A DNA stretch of 63,034 nucleotides, the filler included, from Gonapodya sp. JEL0774 (taxonomy: Eukaryota): the NCBI GenBank assembly GCA_027604505.1. It is 18 parts of 18 records of this genome, joined end to end, with 100 filler letters (N's around TTAATTAATTAA, not from the genome) between each part and the next. Parts side by side here need not be neighbours in the genome. Positions count along the whole stretch, not along the records: positions 10,557 to 13,971 come from JADIIX010001303.1; positions 14,072 to 17,485 come from JADIIX010001304.1; positions 17,586 to 20,998 come from JADIIX010001305.1; 15 more parts are not named here. One strand, given 5' to 3'. The notes under the pieces were generated by a model that was given only the letters and a program-made list of their open reading frames with translations, made no database searches and was not told the origin of the DNA. A program made the translations under genes and the position numbers. Below are positions 10,557-21,098 of this stretch, piece by piece. Every line of letters starts with the position of its first letter. Position 1 is the stretch's first letter.

Positions 10557-12514
10557 GGCGCATCTGCCAGATCATCCTCAGATCCTGAGTTCGCACCACC
10601 CCAACGATCCGAACCAGACTCTGAGCTTTGACGAGCAAAGGGCGGCCTTGAAGATGAACGACCAACGGTAGGAGTCGACGCTGACGTTGGTGTGGAGTTT
10701 CCACGGCGGTCGCGGTCTCGCGCGGACGTGGCACCTAGGGCGGGTGATCCTGGCGCAGAAGTGACAGGAGAGGATACAGCTGCCGATAGAATAGAATTTC
10801 CACCGTACTTGCTCATGGGACGTCCGTTGGGCGCGAAATTACCATTTGTTGGATTGAGTGGAATGTTTCCACCGCTGGGGGTACGGCCTGCAAGAACCGA
10901 ATTTCCTGCACCGACCAAGTTGGGAGACGAAGCTGAAGAGGGCATGCGACCGTGTGTTGGACGAGCTGGACTTCCTGGGTTCGAGTTTGGGCGGGCGAAG
11001 ATGGCATTCCCCGCACCGGCGCGAAGACTCATACCACGCTTCGGTACTTCCTCCGCCTCCGAGACGGAATCAGTGCCGGACCCAGCTTGATCATAGTAAG
11101 AATCGAGCGTTTCGAGCGTTGAATCTGAGGGCCGGCGCCGGCGTGATTTCGCGGGTATGGATTGTGGTTGGGCTTGCATACCGGAGCGAGAGGCGGGGCG
11201 GGCAGGAGGTACGTTACGGTCACGGCCAGGGGAGGAGGCTGGCCCGGCCACGCTAGGGCGGCGTCCAGCAGGTGGTGCCCCATTGTTACGACGGGAACCA
11301 TGACCATTGGCATTCCGTGGTCCGGATTTATTGTCGCCGTGGTCAGAACCCCAAGCGTCCGTATCATCGTCAGATCCCGTTTCTGAGCCGGTTTCACTCC
11401 CTGTCTCGGAACCAGTTTCCGATCCTGTCTCGCTCCCTGTTTCGGAGCCCGAACTGGACTCATCGATAGGGGCCCTGCCAGGAGGTCCCCGACCACGAGG
11501 CACAGCCGATCCCTTACCATTCACGGCGGGACTCCGAGGCGGCGAGACACGGCGGCGTTCAGGTGGCACAGAACGATTTCCACTGGAAGGTGCGACTGAA
11601 CGGGTACGGGCACCCGGCTGGCCTGAATCAATCCCCTGCCCACGAGGATCCATTGAGCGTGCTCGATCACGGTTACTGCCAGGGTCAGAGCGGTCAGAGC
11701 GACGATTTTGCGCGAATCCGGATGAGTCTCCACCGCCGGAACCACCTCCGACTTGTTGGATGTGGTTTTCACGGCCGTAATCCTGCGCTGCGCGCCGCTC
11801 CTTTTCACGAACGTCATCTTCATCAAGTCTTTCCAGCCATGGTAATCGAGCGATGATTTCCATGCGGTACACAGAGAAGCCAGTCCGAGACTTTTGCAAC
11901 GACGTGGTCTCAAATATAGGATTCTCGGCCAGCCAGAGGACGCGTAGTTCCTTTCCCAAGAACCCGAGCTCATTGAATGAAGATATTCGGTTTTTGCGGA
12001 GGTAGAGCTCCTTAATGGGCAGTCCAGAAAGCGGGCGGAGAGAGGAGACGTTGTTCACAGGTGCTGAGAGAATCGACAGATTTGTACATTGAGTGAGAAC
12101 ATCGATGTTGGTGAGATTAAGACCCCAAACGTTCAAAGAACGGACTGATCGAGGTGGAGTTGAAAATGGGGATGGAATATTGAGGTTACAGTGCGGATAC
12201 AGCGCAGGATGCGGGAATGGGGTGCGATTGGTGCAGAAATGGAGAGAAGAGCGGAAAATTGGTAGGATAAGGCACCCAACGGTCAGAAAAATAGTTTACG
12301 CAGGTTGATTTTATGGGGGATTGGGAATTGGCGAATATATTGGAGGAAATATGAATACGTTGAGTCGAACCACTTGGAGCCCACCTTGGTCCAACTTCTG
12401 GCACTTTGCTCTGTCCAGAACAACGTTCTTCATCAAGGTTCCATTGCCGCCGTCCCCGCTGTTGTGGGGACCACCCGCCATGTCCCGGGATGACTGCGAA
12501 CGTTTGCCAGCCAT
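10557..12514 (-). CDS. CFAP410: Ciliary LRR protein CFAP410/C21orf2 homolog, 3' truncated
   Basis: Exon 1 ...LMKNVVLDRAKCQKLDQ spliced to VRSLNVWGL...SAPVNNVSSL...ELYLRKNRI...LRVLWLAENP...YRMEIIARLPWLERLD, closely following the C21orf2 LRR/LRRcap. Long disordered tail. Confidence 0.88.
11375..11455 (-). repeat. Coding 12-bp tandem repeat, (ETGS)x6, in the CFAP410 tail
   Basis: GSETGSETGSETGSETGSETGSETGS with synonymous codon differences between units. Confidence 0.9.
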
Positions 12515-13098
12515 GTTCGCTCAGGGCAGTGGATCCGCCGCCAAATAGTCGCGGGATTCAAGAGATCCAGTGAAATCGAAGGCAAGGTCGTGGATATGTG
12601 GGGATAAGAAGTGCGGATGTTTCGAGATTGATGGGAAACGTCTTTGGGTCGAGCGATTTGATAAGTGAGGAGGATCCGTGTGGCGTCGTGGACTCTTCCC
12701 CATCCACCGGAAAAAAGGATCAGAACGAGCGAATACCAAACTTTGTACGATTAATGGTGAGCATAACCCAAGTAAAAATATTTCAAAGCAAACGCAGTCA
12801 TGGGTGAGTCCTCCCCGTGACGGTCAACTCACATATACAGACACCGTGGCAGCACCACAGTGGTGCTAGGGATCACAAACATTGAATGTTTGATCGAAAC
12901 ACAGCGTGAGGAACTACAGGGATAACATCATTGCGCACTCTGGCAGACCATCTTGCAATTTCAGCTTTTATCTCGACTTGTACCCAGTTCACAATCAGGT
13001 CGCCCTATGATACTTGCTTTACCACACTTTTAGTGGACGGCAAGATCGGCACCCACTTGGTGCACTTGCTGCCTTCCTTGATATGTCCTGCCCAACCA

Positions 13099-13971
13099 TC
13101 ATGCCCTTTGTAGTACCACTGTCACCATACGGCTTCCGTCCCATCCCCACATATCTTTTTCCCAGCTACATTGATCGGGCCTCTCCGTGTAGGTAGTTCG
13201 GAAGACTTCATAAGCCACGGGACTGGGTGCAATGTGTATCGCACATCCCTTGCGTGTTACGCTAGACAAATACAACAGAGCGCTTCTGAAGCATTTCAGG
13301 ATCACCGATAGCCCGTAGGAATGATGTACAACGAGATTGACAACCAGGTGCTCTATAGAAGGCAGGAGGGTTACCAGCTCATCCACAATGACCCTCTGTT
13401 CAGTGTCGAAGTCAGTCTCCAGGTCCGAAGGGTCGTGATTGAACTGAAATCGCAAGTGGAGCTTTCTTATCCGTGACAAAGGTCTACATCGCGAGTAGCC
13501 TGGCAGAAGACTCTCACGACGCCCACGCTGGAACTGAAGATCCAGTGTTCCCAATTCCAAAAGGTTTGGAAAATAACGTGCATGGGCTTGGAGGATTGCT
13601 TCCCTCGCTGCCGGTTGATCACTTTCGGAGGTTTGGAAAAGTGTTGAGACATTGAGCATAGTGATACGGCCCCGCTGAGCCTCCAAGCCAAGGGATTGAA
13701 TTCGATCCATAGCTTTAGATAAGAATGACAGCATAGGCAAGGTGGACTCTGCGACCACCGAGATTGAGACCATGGACGGGAACCGCAAGAAGGCCCATTG
13801 GAATTGTCGTACACAATCGTCCACATTATTCGCCAGAATGCCATGAACTTTGGTTACGGAGTCGATCTTTATATCATCCAAAACGCTAGCTTGAAAGGCG
13901 CCAGCTCCTGTGTTCTGCAACCCAAATTCGGTGACTTCGTTCCGCACCATGAAGTCCAAGATCGTCCGCAG
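13099..13971 (-). CDS. Hypothetical protein, 3' part, with LRR/F-box-associated-like character
   Basis: Open frame of about 290 codons running off the contig end; YFPNLLEL, IRKLHLRF and LLPSIEHLVV are degenerate LRR-like patterns. Confidence 0.5.
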   Translation of the reverse strand: MRTILDFMVRNEVTEFGLQNTGAGAFQASVLDDIKIDSVTKVHGILANNVDDCVRQFQWAFLRFPSMVSISVVAESTLPMLSFLSKAMDRIQSLGLEAQRGRITMLNVSTLFQTSESDQPAAREAILQAHARYFPNLLELGTLDLQFQRGRRESLLPGYSRCRPLSRIRKLHLRFQFNHDPSDLETDFDTEQRVIVDELVTLLPSIEHLVVNLVVHHSYGLSVILKCFRSALLYLSSVTRKGCAIHIAPSPVAYEVFRTTYTERPDQCSWEKDMWGWDGSRMVTVVLQRA

Positions 13972-14071
13972 NNNNNNNNNNNNNNNNNNNNNNNNNNNNN
14001 NNNNNNNNNNNNNNNTTAATTAATTAANNNNNNNNNNNNNNNNNNNNNNNNNNNNNNNNNNNNNNNNNNNN

Positions 14072-15019
14072 ATTGGCATTCGGCATCGCTGCATATGCCG
14101 CCATCGCTCGCTGGACTTCCCCGGCGAAAATTTGGTGCTGAGCGTGTGGAGGCATACCCGCAATCTGCCGTGCTACCATTGCAAGGTGTTCTCGAACCGG
14201 GGGAGGCAGAAGGTGAGGTGGGGGTAGCGGAGGAAGAGGTGGATCCGGCATTTGTTGAGACGCTTGGGGGAACGGACCTTGGCGTTGTTGACGTGCAAAC
14301 ATCTGCGCTTCAACTTCCGCAGCGGACATGGGCTGAGGTCGCGGCTGCTGTGGGTAACCAGGCGGAGTTCGCTGCACTTGGGGAGGAAGTCCCACAGGGA
14401 AGGAACCCGCCTGCGGGGTTATCGTACGGGAGTCGTGAAGGAAGGCATCATCCATTGCGTGCTCCTCAGCCACCCGGCGATTGAAGGCTACATTTGCTGC
14501 TTTAAAATCAAAGTCGGTGCTCGCTGGTTGGAGAGCAATGGAAAGGTTGTTTTTGCGAATGTAGGACATATTAGAGAGGACGAACCCACCAATTTCCTCC
14601 TTCCCCACACTAAACGTTTCTCGATTCAGAATCGCATTTTCAGGATCGATAATATTGCCTAATTTCTGCGGAGGGAACTTCGGTGACACCATGTCTTCTC
14701 CGAATGTTTCATCGTTTGCTCGATCCGCCTCGGCTTCGCCTCCCAGCAAATCACCCAGCTCAGAAGCTTCTGGGTCCTGCAATTCGTTCAGGTCTTCATC
14801 CATCTCACCCCCGAGCTCGCCATAGAGGTCGTCGTCGTCGGCATCGTCCGTCCAGTCTCCAGAGTTGAACTTCTCAAAATCCACTTCCAAATCGCGCTCT
14901 TTCCCTTTCCCATTGGCCTTCGAGATTGGAGCTCGCAGAGGATCGAATCCGAAAAAGCCAGACGAGTCCGGAGGTCGATTTGAAGCCATCAATGGGGTTC
15001 CTGCGTTGGCGGGCGACAA
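14072..15019 (-). CDS. PAT1: mRNA decapping activator Pat1, 5' part
   Basis: GFFGFDP, acidic tract, NDETFGED, then DFDF after a probable intron (~14530-14688), followed by a Pro/Gln-rich region with MSAAEVEAQM. Confidence 0.85.
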
Positions 15020-15154
15020 ACGTCACACAACAATAGGACGTTTGCTCCATACTTCCAAGAGTCCAAAATTCGTGACGGTACAGCAGTTGCATGCACTGTT
15101 TACATCATTGCTGTATTATAGAAAATGTGTGTAAATCATCCGATTCTGTACTCG

Positions 15155-16410
15155 TCAAGCGAGGATGATGTTGATTTTGTCCAGGAAACCAGCCAGCTCG
15201 ACATCTTTCCTGAAAATGCAAACGCGAGCAACGCGGCAAGTAATTGTTGGTGTGGGAACTGTTGGTCGATGACTTTGATCGTTTAACTACTCACTCCTCC
15301 CCGAGTGCGTCCATGACCTTTGCCGTCTTTTCGGTACCTATATCCTCGTCCCGCTCCGCCAAAAATGCGAAAATTTCTTTGAAAGGGGCGATAGGAAGGC
15401 GCGCGATTTCTGAGGGCCTGTCTGCCCCATCAGACTTCGGAATCGCTGTCGATGATAGTGTGCCAGCAACTGTATGCAAGGTGGGTACGAGAGACTGGGA
15501 ACAAAACATAAGATAAGGAGCATCATAATTTGGTTGCAATTTGGTCGTGGCGTTGAGGGTGGGTAGTGATGATTGAGCGCATTAAATCATCATTGACATG
15601 GGCACCGACACACTCCACACCCACCGAATTCCCTGCAGCAACAGCAAGAGCCCAGAACTTTAGCCACGGAATACGGTCACCCCAGGCACCAAGGCTGGTG
15701 AGAGGCCAATAGGGAAAACGTGCGTTGAGCGAAGTGAACATTCAAGCCATATCTCCCACGAATTCGGTGTGCGAAGTACCCACTTGATGATATCTGCAAC
15801 AACTTGAGGTGCAACTCCGATCTCCTCGCATGCCTGCTGAACATCCTTTCTTGTGATGAGAGTAGGTGCACTTCCTCCCGCTGCCGGTGGTACCGCGAAC
15901 TTATTGTAGAACGACTCTAGCTGGAGTTGTGAAAGCCGAGAAGAGGTAATGGATGATTTGGATGAAGGGGACGGGTGCAGAGCAGCTTGTTTGGAAAAGT
16001 AACTGTCGATGGGTGGAACAGTTTACCGATGAGTTCATCGCAACCCAAACGCGCTTCGCATTCAAATATGCACGGCCTTGGAGGCTCGCAAGCGAATATG
16101 ACTGAGGAATCTCGAGCGATTCCTGGCTTCGGCTTTCGGGCTCCGCCTACGATCATCGCGAACGCCGGTGGTCCCAATCCAACCAAGATGCATCCACAAC
16201 GCCGATAGAGAAGCAGCATTTCCCTCTAGAATCCACTACAGTGAGTTTCAATCTCGAATCACGATTCTCACTCTGCGCTCTCCTTCAAAATGTCAGCGGG
16301 TTGGGTCCTGATGATGTGCTTTGCAAAGTCCTTCAAAATTTCCGGAAGCTGTGACGGGATTTTGATTTGGTCAGCGGAATATATTGGTTCCCGCATTGTT
16401 GATGCTGCCA
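15155..16410 (-). CDS. ROPN1L: Ropporin-1-like / radial spoke protein 11 (RIIa domain)
   Basis: IYSADQIKIPSQLPEILKDFAKHIIRTQPADIL (RIIa D/D domain); later exons RIPWLKFWALA and ARLPIAPFKEIFAFLAERD; several introns; TGA at 15157-15155. Confidence 0.85.
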
Positions 16411-16645
16411 TGGATGAAGGGTTGGTTCGCGTGGTTTCGAATTTGAAGGCGCGGGGTGCAGATGCCTTCCGCACAGCTATGTAGGGGTTCCATCTCCTCC
16501 CACAATCGCGAGCACGGATATAAATGTATTCTCTCTAAGGTGCTAAATTGCAATCACCACAATAAAAAAGATCAAAAACAGATATTCCCAAAAACCGCAA
16601 GTCATTTGAGGTCCAGCTTCAGAAGCACGGCAGTGATCCGATGCC

Positions 16646-17485
16646 CTAACGTGCATTTGGTGAGAGCGGTCCAGATTGGTCACGCGAGGGACTCAACGGA
16701 TCTCCAGAGTGCTCTCCCAAGGATTCAGTAGACTTCCCAACAAGCTTCTTTTTCGATCCGAGCTTGGGGAGTGTGACTCTGAACTTGGCAAGGCGTGACT
16801 TCGGCGCGGTGTTCGTTACAGATGAGACATTTGGTGACACAGACGAAGTTAGAGTATACGACTGATTTACACCGGTCACATTATACGATTTGGAGAGATT
16901 GTCGTTGGAGTTTCCAATGGAGGAACTTGAACCCATCCCTGGAATGAAGCAGGAAGATCTGCTTTAACAAAATCCTCTTCAAAATGTCGTGAACCACAAA
17001 TTGGTCTAACCTTTTGAGAGCCCGTCTGCGCTCGCGCTAACTGAGTTCTTGGTGTTCATGAAATCCACTAATTCCCGATCTCGTAAACTGAGACCAAGCT
17101 GTGCAGGTCCCAAGCTTGCGGTTCGATCACCAGCACGCTTTTTCGAGCTCACTGCTCGCCGAGGTCCTGCCGTGAGTAGCTCCTCTCCGATACTGTGGTT
17201 CCGACTCCCTTGACCGTCACCAACCGAATTGAGCGAGCTCTGCGAGCCTTTCATTGCCCCCGGAGAGAACAAAGACATGTCCTCCATCTGCAAAGGGCTC
17301 TGAGGTGATGATGTAGACGCTTCCTTCTTCGAGAACCGTCTGAAGATGCCAGTATTGAGGGATGGTCGCTTCTCGTGCGAAGCCTTTCCATCTGTGTTCT
17401 TGCGGGAGAGGGTCCCAGGAGCTGACGCGTCAAGACCATCTGTTGACTCTTCACGTGTCTTGGAGATGGAACTTCCAGGCTCCCC
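16646..17485 (-). CDS. Hypothetical Ser-rich protein, 3' part
   Basis: Two coding-like segments (...LSKG, ~17485-17011; MGSSSSIG...PNAR*, 16936-16646) separated by a short GTTAGA..CAG intron. No family recognised. Confidence 0.5.
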
Positions 17486-17585
17486 NNNNNNNNNNNNNNN
17501 NNNNNNNNNNNNNNNNNNNNNNNNNNNNNTTAATTAATTAANNNNNNNNNNNNNNNNNNNNNNNNNNNNNNNNNNNNNNNNNNNN

Positions 17586-18954
17586 ATCTTTCCACCCCTT
17601 CTCGCCCATATGCGTTCCCATCCTTCGCTCCCGCCCGAACTCTTCCTTCTCTTCTTTCCTGTCTTACGCTGTCCTCCCGTCTTGCCCATTCCCGCTTGTA
17701 TGGTTTCTCGATCTCCGATCTCTTCCACGACGTCAACATTCAATCCACGCCAATTCCATTCTTCCTCTTATATGCGGATGGCGCGGCACCATGCAGAGGG
17801 GAAAACTCATTATGAGATATTGGGAGTGGAGACAGGAGCGGACAAGGCTGAGATCAAGAAGGCCTTCTACGGTAAGACAGTGAACGAGATGTTGACAAGG
17901 CGTTCGCGGGTTGAGAGCATCGGTGCTTTGAAATTCGTTCTTGATGTCATTGTCTTGGAATCTTCCCGTCTTGGAATGCAGAACTGTCCAAGAAACATCA
18001 CCCAGGTAATTTTGACTACCTCGTCACGCTTCCCCACTCTGACAACCTTACACGAACCTCTACCGCTTATCCGTTCTGGTCTTTTCAACAGACCTCAATC
18101 CCGACTCCCCCACGGCTCACGCCCACTTTGTCAAACTCTCACTAGCCTACGAAATTCTCTCGGACCCTTCTTCGCGGCGCGATTACGACCTTTCCTTACC
18201 CTCAACTCATTTCCGAGGCGCTGGGAGACCCACGGGAACCGGATTTGGTCCCCGTCGAACGCCGCAAGGTGGCGGAAGTACCGGTGGAGTTCGCCAGACC
18301 GGGTTCGACAATCACGACAGGTTCAACGATCACTCGGAGAGATACCGCGAAGATCTTTACGCGCGGTCCTTTCGCATGCGTAGCAGTGGTGGTGGCGGGC
18401 AGCATCGCGGGTCTGGCGCTGCTGGTGGCGGGAGTGGCGCGGGCGGCGGACTGGGCGGGGCGAAGCAGCGATATGACTTTGAAGAGCACCAGAGAATGCA
18501 CTATGGAGAAAACGCGTGGGGTGGCGGGGATGGAAGGGACGAGGGTGCACCCGGTGCAGGAGCAGGAGCACCAGGGAGCGATTTCGACACCATCTTCACC
18601 CGGACAGAGCACCGCCGCCGAGCCATGAAAGCCGACCGGGAGCGAAGATCTGGGGCCGGTGCTCGTGGAAAAACTCGCCGCCCAGACGAAGACGATGGAG
18701 AGCACATGCATCCTGTCGCTTGGGCGGGTTTGGTGGTGGGAGTGTTTGTTGGAACGGCGGCTGGGATAAAGTGGAGCGGGGTCGAGATGGAGGGGAGCCA
18801 ATCATGTGAAAGCAGCTTGTCTGAACGTAGAATGATTCAGGAAATGGATAGAGGTCGTAGACTAGGGGAACCCGAGAACTTCGGTGCGACCCGAGCTGAA
18901 ACGATACAACCAAGTGCTGTAGAAGCGTGTGGTCCATGTTATGATATCATATAA
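17586..18954 (+). CDS. DnaJ-domain protein, probably mitochondrial, with a C-terminal TM helix
   Basis: THYEILGVETGADKAEIKKAFY | 24-nt microexon 17982..18005 (ELSKKHHP) | DLNP...AYEILSDPSSRRDYD; Gly-rich region, YDFEEHQRMHYG, hydrophobic VAWAGLVVGVFVG. Confidence 0.88.
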
Positions 18955-20169
18955 TACATTGCCTTTTCAAATCGAGGTGAAGTGTTCCCATGCGAAAGCG
19001 GACAATCACAGTGGGGCCGATTTAGGCTCGACACACGCCTGTCTGATCAAAACGCGGGATCTTCAGCTCGCCTCGCGCCCAGATTACCCAATCAATTTAA
19101 AGTACTGTGCGTTTGAGAGCACTCAAATGTCATCTGTTTGAATCTCATTGTCTCTGAGCAGGGTTCGATCCCTGGCACATCTTCGGATCTCTTCATTAAA
19201 CAGCAAGCATTCAAAGGCTTGACGAACACTCAGATGCGAGAGCTTGTCTCACTAAATACTGCTCTCTCGATGAAAGGCTCGATTCCAAACCCACGGATCT
19301 GAAGGAGCGTGTTCACAACACGAACGGACACGAGGGTGAACGATATCAAAGGCGACTGAGGAATACGTTGAGGGGGCAAATTCAAGTACACGCAGTCTGC
19401 ACGAAAGTGTAGTTTCCACGTCCGACCGCCGTCGGGGCGGATTCAAAAGGTTTGTGGGCTGGAACCGGACCTCGATATTTCGTGTTCCACTTTGTCGAGA
19501 CGACCGAGTGCCAAAAAGAAAGATCGGACTTTTCGTCTGCAATGTGCAGAGAGCGTACTGTTGCCACTTCAAATCCCCGCCCGCGATCGGTTTCATGTGA
19601 GCGGCATTCTGAGTGAACTAGATGCACAATCCCAGCAAAGGATCACAGGTCATTTCATTGACGTCAATGAAATAGGTGAAGGCAGAGTCCTTGCACTTGT
19701 GTGAGGATAAGTACGGTGATCACAGAGATGATGCATCGAAGAACGAGTTCACCAACACAATCTTGTTTTCGTTGCAGTTTCTTTCGACGCTCGAACTGTA
19801 TTCTTCTAGTCCGTTGATTACAGCTCTTCCGAGGGAATGTCCGCAATAGCCCCAGCAAGTCGGCCCAAGACAGATGATAAAGGAGCAAAATGGAAGGCAC
19901 CACAACGGAAGTACCGGAGTTTGACGAGTCAAAACGTACATGTGATGCAGTAAAATGAGGAAACCTAAAAGAATGAAAAATGAAAAATAAAAAATTATTA
20001 TTCTATTGGGTGAGATATCCGAAGATTGGAACACTCGTGGGGGAGCATCACAGCATGGTGTGTGCACCACTTGCCCCAAGCGACCAAGCAACATAAAGAT
20101 AGTAAACTAACCTTCCCATTTGTTCCGTCGTCCACCACCAGCCTCCCACAACCTATCTATCACCCAAGG

Positions 20170-20998
20170 ATGAGCAGATGCAAAAGATGTAACGGTGAGC
20201 AGTTGCGTTCCACAGTCTGCGTCCCGATGGATTCCTTCTTCCTGCTCACTCGCCCCGTCTCGAATCCCTCCGCGGTTGCAAAACAATTCAAACCCGCCGA
20301 ACCTCCACCTTATTCCACCCAGAGAACTATGCGGTGGAGTATGACGAAGCCAGAGGTCATACCGTATGCACGAACTGCGGGAATGTGGGTATCTCGTGGC
20401 CGATTCGTCCTATCTTTGTTCCTGCACCTCATGTCTCACCATCCCTCCATTGACTCCCGCCGTTCAACAGGTCCTCGAAGAAAACGCAATTGTCTCTGAA
20501 GTGACCTTCTCAGAACGCGCAGGCGGTGCTGCGTCCGCTGATGGTGTCTTCGTTGGAGCGGATCAGAGAAGAGGAAGGAGTCGCTTGAAGGGTCAATCCG
20601 ACCCCGGGAACGCCGACGGAACCGATGGGAAAGAAGAAAGCAGGGAGGAGTCTATTCGGAGAGGTGAGTGCGATGAACCTCAGAGTAATGGGGCGCGATG
20701 CAAAGATTTGGCTGTTTTGACGGGATGCCGGGGGTGAACATGTGGAAGCCGACGGCCTTTCGCACATGCCGGAAACTGACTCTTGGGATGAACATGGAAA
20801 CTGGCTTTGCGATCTGAAACATTTGTGTTTCATGAGAAACTAAACTCTCGTTCTATGGTCCTCAACACTCGAATCAGGCAATCGGCGCATCAGAGAACTC
20901 GCGGATTCTTTGAGCATCCCTGCCTCCGTCCGTGAGCAGGGCGAACGCCTCTACAAATTCGCCGTCAACAAGACTTTGACCAGAGGTCGTAAGCTCGA
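20170..20998 (+). CDS. BRF1: TFIIIB subunit Brf1, 5' part
   Basis: Spliced MSRCKRCN|ENYAVEYDEARGHTVCTNCGN|VLEENAIVSEVTFSE...ESREESI...RLYKFAVNKTLTRGRK: zinc ribbon plus the start of the cyclin fold. Confidence 0.92.
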
Positions 20999-21098
20999 NN
21001 NNNNNNNNNNNNNNNNNNNNNNNNNNNNNNNNNNNNNNNNNNTTAATTAATTAANNNNNNNNNNNNNNNNNNNNNNNNNNNNNNNNNNNNNNNNNNNN

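Noticed and set aside
10692..11856. Long antisense ORFs over CFAP410, and similar ones over the Sfp1-like, EF-1alpha and DnaJ genes
   Set aside because: Expected shadows of GC-rich coding sequence.
19159..19174. tRNA gene
   Set aside because: T-loop-like hairpin has a 6-nt loop, the closing stem is only 5 bp, and there is no D-arm or A-box. Kept only as a low-interest fold.
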